Origin: Dudresnaya verticillata
Taxonomy: Eukaryota
Length of the DNA: 64,000 nt
NCBI GenBank assembly: GCA_977862235.1
Contig: OZ374558.1
Coordinates: 2,542,001 to 2,606,000 of the forward strand
Reading direction: 5' to 3'
The notes under the pieces: model-generated
Seen by the model: the letters and a program-made list of their open reading frames with translations, nothing else
Told to the model about the DNA's origin: nothing
The model's database searches: none
Shown: positions 11,285 to 23,241 of the stretch, one piece after another
Layout of the letters: each line of letters starts with the position of its first letter
How positions within the stretch are numbered: position 1 is the first letter of the stretch
Made by a program: the position numbers and the translations under genes

Positions 11285-12120
11285 TGTGGCATAGCTGTAA
11301 GACCAGGTGTACCACGCACACGCAGCTGTAAGACCAGCTGCGCCACGTGTGCACCGCTGTGCGCATGCTGTCAGCCGGTGGCGCCGAAGCCCCGCTGAAC
11401 TGTAAGGAAGTGCGCTGTGGCGCCCGCGCGTGCACGTGTACGCGTGTGACACTGAAACTCCCATGTAATTTCTACGTTTATTTTTGTGTAGTGTACAGTA
11501 CTGTCAAGTGTAAGCGGCGGTCGAATGCCCGGCTGTCCCGCGCGTCGTGTGCACGCACTCCGGCGTAGAGCCGTTGAGTGCGTGACACGCGCGCGCGTAC
11601 TCCGGCGTCGAGCCGTTGAGTACGTGTGGACCGTTCTGCCCACGCGCGCCCCGGGTAACCGTTACCCGTACGCGTCGACGCGTGTCGGGGCGCGCCGGCG
11701 CACCTCCCGGGTTGGTGCCGTGGCAGGCCCTGTAGTCGATTTAGTAGTCGCCCCTCTGAGCTTGAGAAAACAAGGCAGGCCAGCCTACGCCAGGCTTGCC
11801 CCTTTCTGCTTTGGGTTTCTTTCCCAGTCCTTCACCCTACGGCTTCCCTCTTTCCCTAGCCGCCTAGGCTTTCCTTTTCCTTTCCCTACCGTCGGCTTCG
11901 TTCCGCCCCACGACGGGGACGCAGGGATCCGGCCGCTGCCGCCTGCGTACGGTACGCCCCGTGTGCGCTCAGGCTTCGACGCCGTTGATCCGCGACCGTG
12001 GATGGCGCGCGCGGCCGACACCACTACTCTACCCCCACCGCTACCACCCTTCGACGGGTCTGGATGCGACTACGAGACCAGCCGCGCTAGACGTCAGTTC
12101 GACCAGACGTCTATGCCACA
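11285..12120 (+). repeat. 5' LTR of gypsy element B (B1)
   Basis: TGTGGCATAG..CTATGCCACA, 836 bp, followed by the PBS and gag. Confidence 0.93.
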
Positions 12121-12121
12121 C

Positions 12122-12139
12122 TGGTCTCCCGACCTAGAA
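12122..12139 (+). promoter_or_regulatory. PBS of element B
   Basis: TGGTCTCCCGACCTAGAA, identical to the family-A PBS. Confidence 0.85.
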
Positions 12140-12266
12140 GTCGCAGAAGACCCTATCACCTCTCGCGTCGGCGCGATCGAGGCCAACAATGCCGCCGCTA
12201 CCTACTTCGGCCGGTGCTGGTTCGGCAGACGCCGCGGTAGGTGAAGCCGGCGGTCGACGCACTTCC

Positions 12267-12517
12267 ATGCTGAGTAACGTCGGCGTCTCAGGAGCTCCCT
12301 TAGAGGAACCGCGCATCGAGCGCAGGGCGGCTATAGCCAAGGCCCTAGGAGGGACAACGGTCTCTGCGACCGACCTCGAGTTAGTCCACGAGGAGACGAT
12401 GGACTCACTCTCGGAAGTGTATACCACCTTCATGGCCTCAGTCGCAGAAGCGCGGGCACAAGTTCAGCGTGACCTGGAGTCGCTTCGACGCCGAACCCTC
12501 GCCTCCGTCGAGGAAGG
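12267..12517 (+). pseudogene. gag: Element B gag, N-terminal fragment
   Basis: VSATDLELVHEETMDSLSEVY resembles A gag VSGSELRLLYEEVIDALSTAY. Confidence 0.75.
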
Positions 12518-13292
12518 TGTAGTATAGCTGGCAGCACACTATCAGCAGCGGCTGTAAGGTATGCTGGCAGCCCCGTACTGTAATGGTGCGCACGATGACG
12601 CCCGCTGGCGAGTCGTGGTTGGGCAGCGTGCCCTTAGTTTTGTCGTTGAATTAGTAGCGGTCGACCGCATTGCTGCCGGCAGCGGCCGCGCGCCGTGCCG
12701 CACACGGCGCGCCCCTGTGACGCTCTCCGGCATCGAGCCGTTGAGAGGGCCGCTGCCCGTTACGCCCCGCGCGCGCCCACGGATAACCGTTACCCGGACG
12801 TGTCGACACGTGTATGGGCGCGCGCTCGCACACCTCCCGCGTTGGTGTTGTGGGGCGCACCTACTGTAGAAGTAGTCATAGTGCACATAGTGTAGGGTAT
12901 TTAAGACCGTCGGCCATCGACGGCTCAGTAAACCGGGCAAGCAACAGCTCGCGCTGAAGCTTGCCCCCAGCCTTTTCGGGTTCGATCCCTTTGCCTTACG
13001 CCAGCGGGCGGTTTCCCTTTTTCCCCTTGCCTCGCTAGGCTTTCCCCTTTTGCTTTTGCTTTTCGTCGGCTTCGTGCCGCCCTTCGACAGGGACGCTGGG
13101 ATCCGGCCGCTGCCTACCCGCGTACGGTACGCCCCGTGCGCGCTCCGGCATCGACGCCGTCGATCCGCACCTGCGGGGCGCACGCGGCCGACACCGCTCT
13201 ACCAACCCCAACAGCTACCCATCGACGGGTCTGTGTGGCGGCTTCGGACAAGCAAGTATCAGACGTCGGATCGACCCGACGTCTATACCACA
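12518..13292 (+). repeat. LTR C (B-related), no TSD
   Basis: TGTAGTATAG..CTATACCACA; 3' half homologous to LTR B; flanks GAAGG and CGCAG do not match. Confidence 0.85.
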
Positions 13293-13357
13293 CGCAGGGG
13301 AGCCGAAGGGCAACACAATACACACCCTCGCATCCGCTATCCATTCCTGAAACGACA

Positions 13358-16300
13358 TCAAGACTGTTTCGTCGCAGAAGAATCGGCTGGCACATCCTCA
13401 GCAGCGCCCTCGGCGGACTCACGCAACGCCTCTTCGTAGAGGTCGTCCTCCGCCGTCGACGGTACACTCACGGCAGGAGCAGGGGCGGACCGCAAGGGCC
13501 GTGCCACTGCAACTGCCGGAGTGACCGCAACAGGCGCCGCAGGCGAAAGGGGCGACTTATCAGCCGCCTTTGGCGTCGTTGCGACAATATCCGCCACAGG
13601 CGATGAAGCAACAATACCCGCCATAGGCGCAGAGCTCAAGCTATCATTCGCCTTAGGCGCAACCCCAGTCCCATCCGCTTTAGGGCGCAGTCAACGACTC
13701 ATCAACCGCCTTTGGCGTAAGTTCAGAAACCGCCTCGATCGACGTCGCACCTTCACTCGCCTTCGGCGTTGTTAACTCTACACTCGTCACTGACGAAGGA
13801 GCACCTGGCCCCTTTTGAGCCGTCGATGACGCCATAGCAGCATTTGCTTCGCTCACTGAAGGCGGTACAGTCATATTTACGTCTTTAGACGCTGGACCAT
13901 TCGCCTTAGGCGACGACGGCTTTCCTGCCACACCGTCATTCGACGCAGAGCCTACGACAATAGCCGATTTCGGCACGGACGCACCCTGAGGCGGAACCGC
14001 AGCAGACAAAGATTGGCTCACCCACTCTGTGGGCAAGCCGCTCAAACCGCTAGTAGCGATGCCGGCAGCCTGTAACAACGTGAAGACCGTACGGCGCTGT
14101 TCTTCGGTCCATACCGACACGCTGGGAGCCTTCCCTGAACCGTCTATGACGTTCGATGCTCTACCTGCTGCCATTGCGGACAGGGGTGGCTCTGACACTG
14201 GCACCGCCAAAATGACGTCACCCTCGTCGTCCGCAACGGGCGCCGAAAGGTCCAAGACCGCAACCGTGGCTACGCCGGTTGGCATCGCACTCGCCGCAAG
14301 AGGCTCCGTGGGCAACGTCGTAGACGGAACAGCCGCTTCAGCGGAAGACTCCATCGCCATAGGCGTAGCCATAGCCGTTCCCGACGAGTTAACCGGTCCG
14401 TCGTTGGCGTGCAGAGCATCCTCTTCCGCCATTAAGGCGCTCAAGTGAGGAGGAAAGTCACCGAAAAAGTCGCAGGTCTTACGCAAACCGCACGGGTGAT
14501 TACCCGGCGTGAAGCGATCGGTCTTGCGATGGCGTTCCGCAATGTTCTTCGTCGTACGACGCGTTGTCCAAGGGTTGAACCAAATACAATCGCCACAGGC
14601 GGAATGAGTACGACTCATCGCGTAACGCGGACGATTCGCCTCAAGGCGGTTGTTCGCTAACGGCACGGCAACCAGGTCGTTCCAATCGATCTCATCCGCA
14701 ATCGCGCGCAGGTCCCAGAACTCCTCGGAGTTCCTGGAACCACCAAATATTTCGACCAAGTCGAGGCTACCGAGATGGGCGACCACACGCGGTGGTAGAT
14801 GATACATACGGAAGGTATCATACACCTCCCATAACCAAGCATACGCCACGTTGGCGACCCACTCGGTGTAGAACACGATCCAATACCTGGAATACGGGTC
14901 TGTCATCAGCTTGGAGCCAAGATACGTGACACACAGGGGGGGCTCTGCTGCGAGACCTTCGCATATCTCGAATTCACGCCATACAGGCGGCACCTTCACA
15001 AAACAGTAAGGTAACTTACTACGCTCAATGCGGTCGACCTGTATGTCCTGGTACGGCACAAACACGCCTGCGGCATCGACGTCAGGTCGAACTGACGTCT
15101 AGCGCGGCTGGTCTCGTAGTCGCACCCAGACCCGTCGAAGGGTGGTAGCGGTGGTGGTAGAGCGGTGGTGTCAGCCGCGCGCGCCATCCACGGTCGCGGA
15201 TCAACGGCGTCGAAGCCTGAGCGCGCACGGGGCGTACCGTACGCGGGCGGCAGCGGCCGGATTCCTGCGTTCCCGTCGTGGGGCGGCACGAAGCCGACGG
15301 TATGGAAAGGAAAAGGAAAGCCTAGGCGGCTAGGGAAAGAGGGGAAGCCGTAGGGCAAAGGACTGGGAAAGAAACCCAAAGCAGAAAGGGGCAAGCCTGG
15401 CGTAGGCTGGCTTTCCTGGTTTACTCAAGCCCAGATGGGCGACTACTAAATATACTACAGGGTCTGCGGCGGCACCAACCCGAGAGGTGCGCCGGCGCGC
15501 CCCAACACGCGTCGACGCGTACGGATAACGGTAACCCGGGGGCGCGCGTGGGCGAAACGGTCCACACGTACTCAACGGCTCGACGCCCGAATGCGCGCGC
15601 GCGTGTCACGCACTCAACGGCTCTGCGCCGGAGTGCGTGCGCACGGGGCGCAGGACAGCAGGGCGTTCGACCGCCGCTTACACTAGACGGTGCTGTAAAC
15701 TACACGACAATAAACGTAGAAATTACATGGGAGTTTCAGTGTCACACGCGTACACGTGCACGCGCGGGCACCACCGCGCAACTCCTTACAGTTCAGCGGG
15801 GCTTCGGCGCCACCGGCTGACAGCGTGCGCACAGCAGTGCACACGTGGCGCAGCTGGTCTTACAGCTGCGCGTGCGTGGCACAGCTGGTCTTACAGCTAT
15901 GCCACAACGCCCTTTTGGCGACGCGTTTCACATTCCCAACGGATACAATGCTCCCAGAAGAACGTAACCGTCCGATGCAGATAACGAAAATCCGCTTTTA
16001 AGCGTACACCTAGGAGGTAAGCCTCTTGAAAAATGCGAGGCTCGATTGACACGCTCACGTGCTTCAGCGACAACGTCCCGAGACGAGCACCATATTCGGC
16101 CTCGCCGACTGTACGGTATTGCCCTGCATCGAAATTGAAGAGGGGCGGCGTTAACGTCGACCCAGGGTAACGCGTGAAGCGTCGATATACGTCTGAGACG
16201 AACTGCGCGTGGACGTCCGCACGCGACTGTCCCGCTCACACCCAAAGCAACCCCGCAGGAACCGCACAGCGCAACTTCCACTCTAACGTCCAGAAGACGC

Positions 16301-16553
16301 CAAGGGGCAGGCCCCCTGGCAAGAAACCGCTAGTAGCGTAATGAGCGACCAATTCTTCCTCTCGCAAAGCCTCCTGGTCAAACCAGGGGGCCCGCGCGAA
16401 GAAATGCGCGTGATCGCGAGGATTCTTACCGACAAAGTCGACGGTGACGCGTACACCGGCGCGGCCGAGGGCGCCGCCACCTGCTTGAATGTCGCCATAA
16501 CGTCGAAGACGAAAATATGTTCGCGCCGCTGGCGATGAGTACACAAACGTCAA
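13358..16553 (-). pseudogene. Long accessory ORF of unknown function, antisense to element D and split by solo LTR B2
   Basis: Removing B2 plus one TSD copy fuses ..WECETRRQK|GVFVPYQD.. in frame; one stop at 16236-16238 and a frameshift near 13685. Confidence 0.8.
15069..15906 (-). mobile_element. Solo LTR B2
   Basis: Inverted copy of 11285-12120; TSD ACGCC. Confidence 0.95.
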
Positions 16554-16871
16554 AGACGACTCGTATCCGGCGCCACTGGTAAAAGGTTCTCGAAGCGTGC
16601 GTCAAAGACGATTACTGTCCAACGCCACTGGCGAAAACCTTACAACTGCACGTCAGCGAAGATTCAGTTGCTACGCCCCAGGCGATGCACAAAGCAGAAC
16701 GCCAGCAGGCGAGGGAATCTGAACGACGTCAACGAAGGGGATCGAGAGGCGCCACAGGCGATGATGTCGGCGTAGTGCAAGGGCACGCGGTGCACAACAC
16801 GAGCGAGGTTTCGCACGGCATAGCCAAAGTCGCAAGACGCGCGCGCAGACACGCCAAGACGAAGCGCAGGA

Positions 16872-17487
16872 TGTGGTGCAAATCCACTGCTGAAAACAAC
16901 AACGGAGGACACACCTCGGGCGTTCGGGACCCGCGGGTAGCGGTAGTAGGGGGTAGTGTGGTAGAGCGTGGGGAGTAGCCCCGTAGCGCGACTGTAAAAC
17001 GCCACGAGACGAAAGAAAAAGGGAGGAACCCTAAAATAGCGGAAAAGCAAAGGAAAAAGGGGGAAACAGGGTTCTGTATGGTGAAGAAGGGGTACGCACG
17101 CACTGGAGTCCCTCCTGAGAACGAAGGTGTCGGTCAAGGGTAGGGAGGTGTGTGTCGTAGAGCCCGAGCTTGGCTTGTTTACTGAATGAGGGCGCGCCCC
17201 TAGCTCTAATATACTATGTACACACGGGTGCGCCGCAAATGAAGTGGGGAAGGGAGCGTGCCATTTGGAGATTCGTGACACGCGAAAAGGGATTAACTAA
17301 AATTAACTAAAATTAAGGGTGACTGACAGTGCGTACAGTAGCGAAGATCCGCCACCATAATCTGCCACCCGTTGCCGCCGGCGCGCAGGACTTACAGGCC
17401 GGGCGCCTGACAGGGGCAGTCCCCAAGTGCATTGCTGGCGGGGAGTCAGCGATTTGAGGCAAATGAGCACCGGTGAATTGCACCACA
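16872..17487 (-). mobile_element. Solo LTR G
   Basis: TGTGGTGCAA..TTGCACCACA; TSD CAGGA; shares short motifs with LTRs D and E. Confidence 0.92.
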
Positions 17488-17564
17488 CAGGAACGGTCAA
17501 AGACGAAGGCAAGCGCGCAGCACCAGGTTGAGGGTCGGACGTGTTTGCGTTTTGGAGGGGGTCG

Positions 17565-18476
17565 CGTGGTGCAAGGGGGGGTGAGCCCCTTTTTCGCTGA
17601 AAGCGGAGCAAAAAATACGTCGACCGACGGAGAAACCGCCACCGGCGCTCACCACCGCCGTTGGCGCACGAACACGTCATCGACGGCTCACTGGGTCGCA
17701 CGCACACGCTGCGCGCCGCGCGTCATGCGGGCACTGTACGGTGATGGGCCGACATGGCGCCCCGGGGTACTGTAACACGGATCTAGATGGGATCCAGATC
17801 CGGTATCCAGATTGGCTATCTGGATCGCCTACGCTGTAATGTACGCGCCTGTAAGGCTGCGAGTGTTCGCATTGCTGGCCGGGATCCGGATGGGGATCAG
17901 GATCGGACAAGTACTGGATTAGATCAAGGGCGCACACTCTACAGTTCGCGCGCGCGCACGGCTGTAAGGCCCACGCGTCCACGTGTGTGTGTAAGCGGCC
18001 ACGCAGGGGGTCGCGCGGCAACCTTTCAGGCGGGTGGCTGCATACGATGGGTGATCTGTCAGACGCACCTCGGGACGACACGTGTCCCGAGTTCTCGCGC
18101 TACGCACCCGCACCGCCGCCGCCGCACCGTCGTGCTATACTTAGGTAAGCCGTCCCAGACGTAGCAGTAAACGCCCGGGCAAGCCGGCCTTGGTCCAGAC
18201 TTCCCCGTTCCGCACGCGCGTACCCTCCGCTACCGATGCCTACGGCCTAAGCGTCTACCTCCCGTGCTCTTCCACGATCAACCACCGTCGTTGACGTGTT
18301 TCCTTTTTGTTCTCTTTTGTTCTTGGTTTCCGCCTCGGGCGTTTACAGTCCGCCCAAAGCGATTCAACCGCTCTACCACAAGCCGCCCTAGGCGAGGTTA
18401 CTCACCGCTACTGGTGTCGGTACCCATCGAGCCCCGAACTGCTCGGCGGTGTTTCGTCCAGGACGTTTGCACCACA
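17565..18476 (+). repeat. 3' LTR D1
   Basis: CGTGGTGCAA..TTGCACCACA, homologous to 19330-20241. Confidence 0.88.
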
Positions 18477-19329
18477 GTCTAGACGACATAGGACAGCGGG
18501 AAAATCAGCAGCAAGTCTGCAATGGCAACACCGCCAAGATTGTAAGCAGGATGAATTCTTTCATGCCGCGGCTAGATCGCTACGACGGCAAGGAGCCCAT
18601 CTGCGTGCTTGGCGTGCTTAGACAGCTACGCCAAGCCATCAACGGCGTCGGCCTGTAGGAAGGCGCAGCGACGGGAGTGGTGTCCTGGTTCCTAGACGGA
18701 ACGGCATCCCAGGTGTATTGGAGTCACCTTTTCTCAGGGGTCCGGAAGACTAGTCGCGGCACCCCCCGTGCTGGGCCTCGGTGGTCAAAACCCTCGTCGA
18801 GAGGTTCTCCACCGATGACGTGATCGCCAACGCGCACGACCGACTGACCACCGCCCGGCAGCGGGACGCCGGGTCAGAACTCGACTTCGCCTCTCGTCTA
18901 CAGGGCTACGCAGATGACTGTGCCGGCGTCTACTCCGACGAGAACCTGACGCACCAGTTCCTGCGTGGTCTGCTTCCGAGCACCCGACCCGCAGTGGTGG
19001 AGAAGGTAAGGCAGATGCCGATGGTCGAGCAGACCAACTTCAGTACCGTTCGTCGGATCGCCCACAGTGAGGGCACAACCTACCGTGCCCGCATGGAAAA
19101 GGCATCGAAAACGGCTATCGCTTCGGGGCCCGGTAGGGGGAGCAGTTCGGAAAGCGGCCGCACGCGGCTTATCGAGGCGCCATACACCGCCGATACGGAA
19201 TCGGCCTTCGACGGCCCGATATTGGTGGCGCCCGATGACGATGGTTTCGAACCCGGCATGGTCGTGCCCGCGCTTTCGACAGTCGGGGCGGCGCAAGCCG
19301 AGGAGACGCTCGACATATCAGGTTGCATC

Positions 19330-20241
19330 TGTAGTGCCAGGGGGGGTCCCCCGTTTTCGCTTTCAAGCGGGTTGATATGCAGCGTCTACCGACGGACGAC
19401 CGCCAACGGCGCGCTCAACCCGCCCGCGGCGCAAACACGTCACCGACGCATGCCGCTGGCCACTTGGGCCAGAACGGCTCGCTGGGCGTGCAGACCGCAC
19501 GCCTGAACCCGGCCACTGTACGGCGCCACGCGTACGCGCATGGCGCAGTGGCGGGAACGTTCGCTGTAAGCGTGGCCCGAATCCGGATCCAATCGGGATC
19601 CCACATCGGGATCCCACATCGGGATCAAGGGGTGTAAGGCACGCGCCTGTAAGCCTGGCGCATCCGCATCGCTGGCCCGAATCCGGACTGGATCGGGATT
19701 GGTGCGGATCGAGATCGCTCGCGCCATGGGGCGCATGCGGCTGTAAGGAAGTAATCCACGTGTAGGTGTAAGGACTCGAACGGGGAAGCTACGCGTGATC
19801 TGTCAGGGGCGCGGCTGCATGACGGACGGATCTGTCAGACGCGCCTCGGGACAACACGTGTCCCGAGTTCCCGCGTGACGCGTACACCCGCGTCGCCGCC
19901 GCTAGGTAATTCTATACTTAGTTGATCCGTCTCAGAGGTCACAGTAAACACCGGCAAGCCGGCCTTGGTCCAGACTTCCCCGTTCAGCACACGCGTACCC
20001 TACCGCTGCCTACGGCTAAGCGTCTACCTCCCGTGCTTCCACGTCTCTACCCGTCTTCGACGTGTTTCCTTTTTGTTTCTTCTGTTCTTCCTTTCCGCCT
20101 CGGGCGTTTACAGTCCGCCCAAGGCGAGTCAATTGCTCTACCACAAGTCGCCCAAGGCGAGGCTACTCACCACCAAGGGCGTCGCTACCCATCGAGCCCC
20201 GAAATGCTCGGCGGTGTTCCGTCAACGACGTTTGCACTACA
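19330..20241 (+). mobile_element. Solo LTR D2
   Basis: TGTAGTGCCA..TTGCACTACA; TSD GCATC. Confidence 0.95.
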
Positions 20242-20278
20242 GCATCTACGCAGTCCTGCCGAAGACGAGCCCTCCGCT

Positions 20279-20946
20279 TGTGGTGCAGTGCCCGGAACCT
20301 GTTTTTGCGCAGACGCCCGCTCACATACACGCGCACACGGATGCGCACTCATCCACGTTTACACGCGCGACACGCGCGCCGAACATATCCGAGGGAGCCC
20401 TCGATCGGTTGCGCGCCAGCAAGGCGCACCCTTCGTTTACACTGATTTACAGTGCGATAGTAGTATTTCTACGCTAGATATTTTTGCGCGATATTTTAGT
20501 GAGCTCGCGGTGCGCGCGCATGCCAAGTGTCAGGCGCACTGCGCCAGACACGCGCGTGCACCTCCCGCGGGGGATACGTAGTATCGGGGTGAACCCCTCT
20601 CACAGTAAAGCGCCAAGTTGGTCTCTGAACCTGAGGATACCCCCGAATTTGCTTCCGGTGTCACCACCACACGGAGCGTGGGCTACGTACCCTGTTTTGA
20701 GTCCCTCTTCAGCGCCATCCTACCGGCGTGTATCGCCGTCGCTACATTTACGTGCACTACGGCACTTCAGGTGGATCGGGGGTTTACAGTCGACCCCGGT
20801 CACACTATACCCGGGGCACACCCCGTGTCTCGGCTGCTCTACAACCCCACAGGCGTCCGTCTCACCGCGTGGGGCCTGCTACCTAACCGCGCGAGACCGC
20901 GTCGAACACGGTTGGGGCAATTCCCGTTTTTGGGTGTTGCACTACA
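20279..20946 (+). mobile_element. Solo LTR E
   Basis: TGTGGTGCAG..TTGCACTACA; TSD CCGCT. Confidence 0.93.
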
Positions 20947-21699
20947 CCGCTCACACCGGTGCAAGAGGCAATAGCCCGCACTGTAACCCCTGATCGACAA
21001 GGGTGGTACATATGCTGGTTCTGCCGAGAACGCGGGCACATAATGTACTCGTGCCCGTTCCTGACAAAGGAACAGCAGTTGTACTGCGCGTATACGAACT
21101 GAAACCATAGACTGGAGACGCAGCCGCACGCGCGCAACAACTTGCAGCAGCTCATCGACGAGCGCATGGCGGCAGGCGCCAAGGCAAGTTACCCCGCAAG
21201 ACGTTTCGACGCGCAGCGGGGTGGGGACCGATGCTTCGACGCGAGAGGTCTCCTGCAGCGCTTCGACGCGCAAAGGTATCGCGGGGAGCCGCGACGGTAC
21301 CACGGGGATCGTCGAGATCCGCGCCGCGAATACCGAAGGGCAGACGTCCCGCGGTTCCTCACTCGCGACAAGCGGGTCGGGTTTGACGACCGAGCCGGTC
21401 GTCAACCTCGGGCGTCGACGCCCTCGAGGCCCAACCCGCAGCGCGAACTGCTCCGAGCAGTGATGACCGTGCAGGAGCACACCGGGCTAGCAGCCGACGA
21501 GGCTCTTGCAGGCGCTCGACGCGCATAGAAAGGGCGAGTCCGCCCGGGGAGCAGGGCGGACAGCTCCAGCTCTTTTTTGACACGCCGCCGTGCATAGGCT
21601 CTGTTCATCGGGTGTGTGTGTGTGGCTTGACGCCATGGTTATGCAACAAGGTCAAAGCGAGTTTTTGCGGACGCATGCACTCAGCATCAAGGAGACGGC

Positions 21700-23225
21700 G
21701 TACAGAACGATGCTACAAGGTGAGACGACGAGCCGTGATGTTGGGGATGCACAGGCGGAGTGGTGCAAGAGGCATTGCTGGTGGTAGATAATAGGCGGAC
21801 TGAAGCTGAAATGGGATTCTGGGCGTCTCCTGAATTGGGGAGAAGGATGGGTTCGATTGGCTACCGTATTTCAGGATTGCAGAGCCAATCAACGCCGGCC
21901 AACACCGTACCGGCTGTTGTGCGAGCGCTTTTTGGACGGATTTCGGGCAGATAGAATTGACCCGCCGGCGGATTCTGGGAACTGCGCTGAGGGTGATGCC
22001 ACCCCGAAGAGCATGTGTCCGCGCATGCATTACGCTCGCTGAGACCCCAGCAGCCGCTCCGCGCCGCCGCCCTGCCGGGTACGCAACGTGGATCACAAAA
22101 CCAGTGGCCGCGCGCTAGTGCACGCCATGACGCAGCAGTTGGTCTAAGCGCTGCGCCGTCGATACTTCACCGGGATTGCGAGCAGGCCGTTGGGACTGGT
22201 GAGGGGAGCTCCATGGGGAGCTCCATGGCCGAGGTAAAACGTGCAGTTCCATAAAACATGTGCCGTTCGTCGGCTCTACGGCTTGGCGCCATTGTGACGG
22301 GGCGCGGCAAGATCCTGGATCCGGTGGTGAGCTGGAGGGGAAGCGGCGGCCTGGCGCAGAGACTGAGAGAGATGGGCCTTTATCGGATGTGGTCAAAATA
22401 CTGTCGAGACAGATCCCGAGAACTTGCAAGCGCCCTGACGGTGGTCTGGGCGGTCCAAGCGAACGCCCTGCGAAGACTAGATTTTGAGTGCGATGAGTTG
22501 CGGAGATGTAGGACTGATTCCCTAAATCTTTCGTGAAGAATGAACGGTACTGAGAATACGGGACGGGACTGCGGCAGCAGGGCTTTGCTTGTTCAGTGCT
22601 AGAAGACATGTTCTACTTGTGTATTGGAGAGAACGAATTTCGGTGGTGGGTGTTGTTGCGGGAGGGGAATTTCGATGAGATCATGAGGTGATGCTGCCTG
22701 CTCTGTTCGGGTCTGGAGCTCAGAAGAATGGATGAAGATCTGGGAAAGGCTGACTAGGTGCGCATGGGTTTGCGGGTTTGGTGCGATGATCTGTTGGATT
22801 CGGCAGCATTCAGGCGTGGGGCTTGTTTAAAAGGGACGCGGAAGGGCTATCGCAAGAAACAAAAAAAAGAACCCTGTGCACGGGCATGTCTACGGATTGG
22901 AAGGGTTCTCTATTTGGACGAGGCGATGGGAAGGCGCAATTATGAAAGTGTGCGAAGCTCTTCATGTCCATACCTGTTGATATTGAGTCGGCATGGAAGA
23001 GCGCACGAGCTGGGGCATCTGAAGGACCGAGTTGTAGCAGACGGCTGTTCGGGAGACGCAGAATAAAAAAGGACATTTGGCCTAGACGATGTGGATGTGC
23101 CAGTCTACCTCGGGTTTCACATGTCCTAAGTGTTGGGCAGGCGTATGTTGTAAAGATTGGATTGTAGATATGCCAGTTGAACATGAACGAGTACTGGGTA
23201 GGTTCGAGTGTCAATCCAGGTGAGC
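21700..23225 (+). repeat. Degenerate dispersed repeat, copy 1 (unclassified; ends approximate)
   Basis: Shares blocks such as AACGCCCTGCGAAGACTAGATTTTGAGTGCGATG with ~44780-46230 (inverted) and ~48190-49225. Confidence 0.8.
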
Positions 23226-23241
23226 CTGTTGCATTTGGGAG

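Larger units (their letters stand above)
13293..18476 (+). mobile_element. 3' part of LTR element D: internal region, PPT and 3' LTR
   Basis: PPT TGGAGGGGGTCG at 17553-17564 precedes LTR D1; B gag resumes at 18477. Confidence 0.75.
18477..21590 (+). pseudogene. gag: Element B gag, central and C-terminal part, in pieces 18477-19329, 20242-20278 and 20947-~21590
   Basis: GNTAKIVSRMNSFMPRL, LTHQFLRGLLP and CWFCRERGHIMYSCPFLTKEQQLYCAY match A gag; stops and frameshifts; truncated before pol. Confidence 0.9.

Noticed and set aside
11285..15906. A DNA transposon with long terminal inverted repeats
   Set aside because: The arms are LTRs: B1 has a PBS and gag downstream, and B2 has its own TSD (ACGCC).
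16872..17487. A built-in inverted LTR-like promoter for the antisense ORF
   Set aside because: It has complete TG..CA termini and TSD CAGGA, so it is a later solo-LTR insertion.
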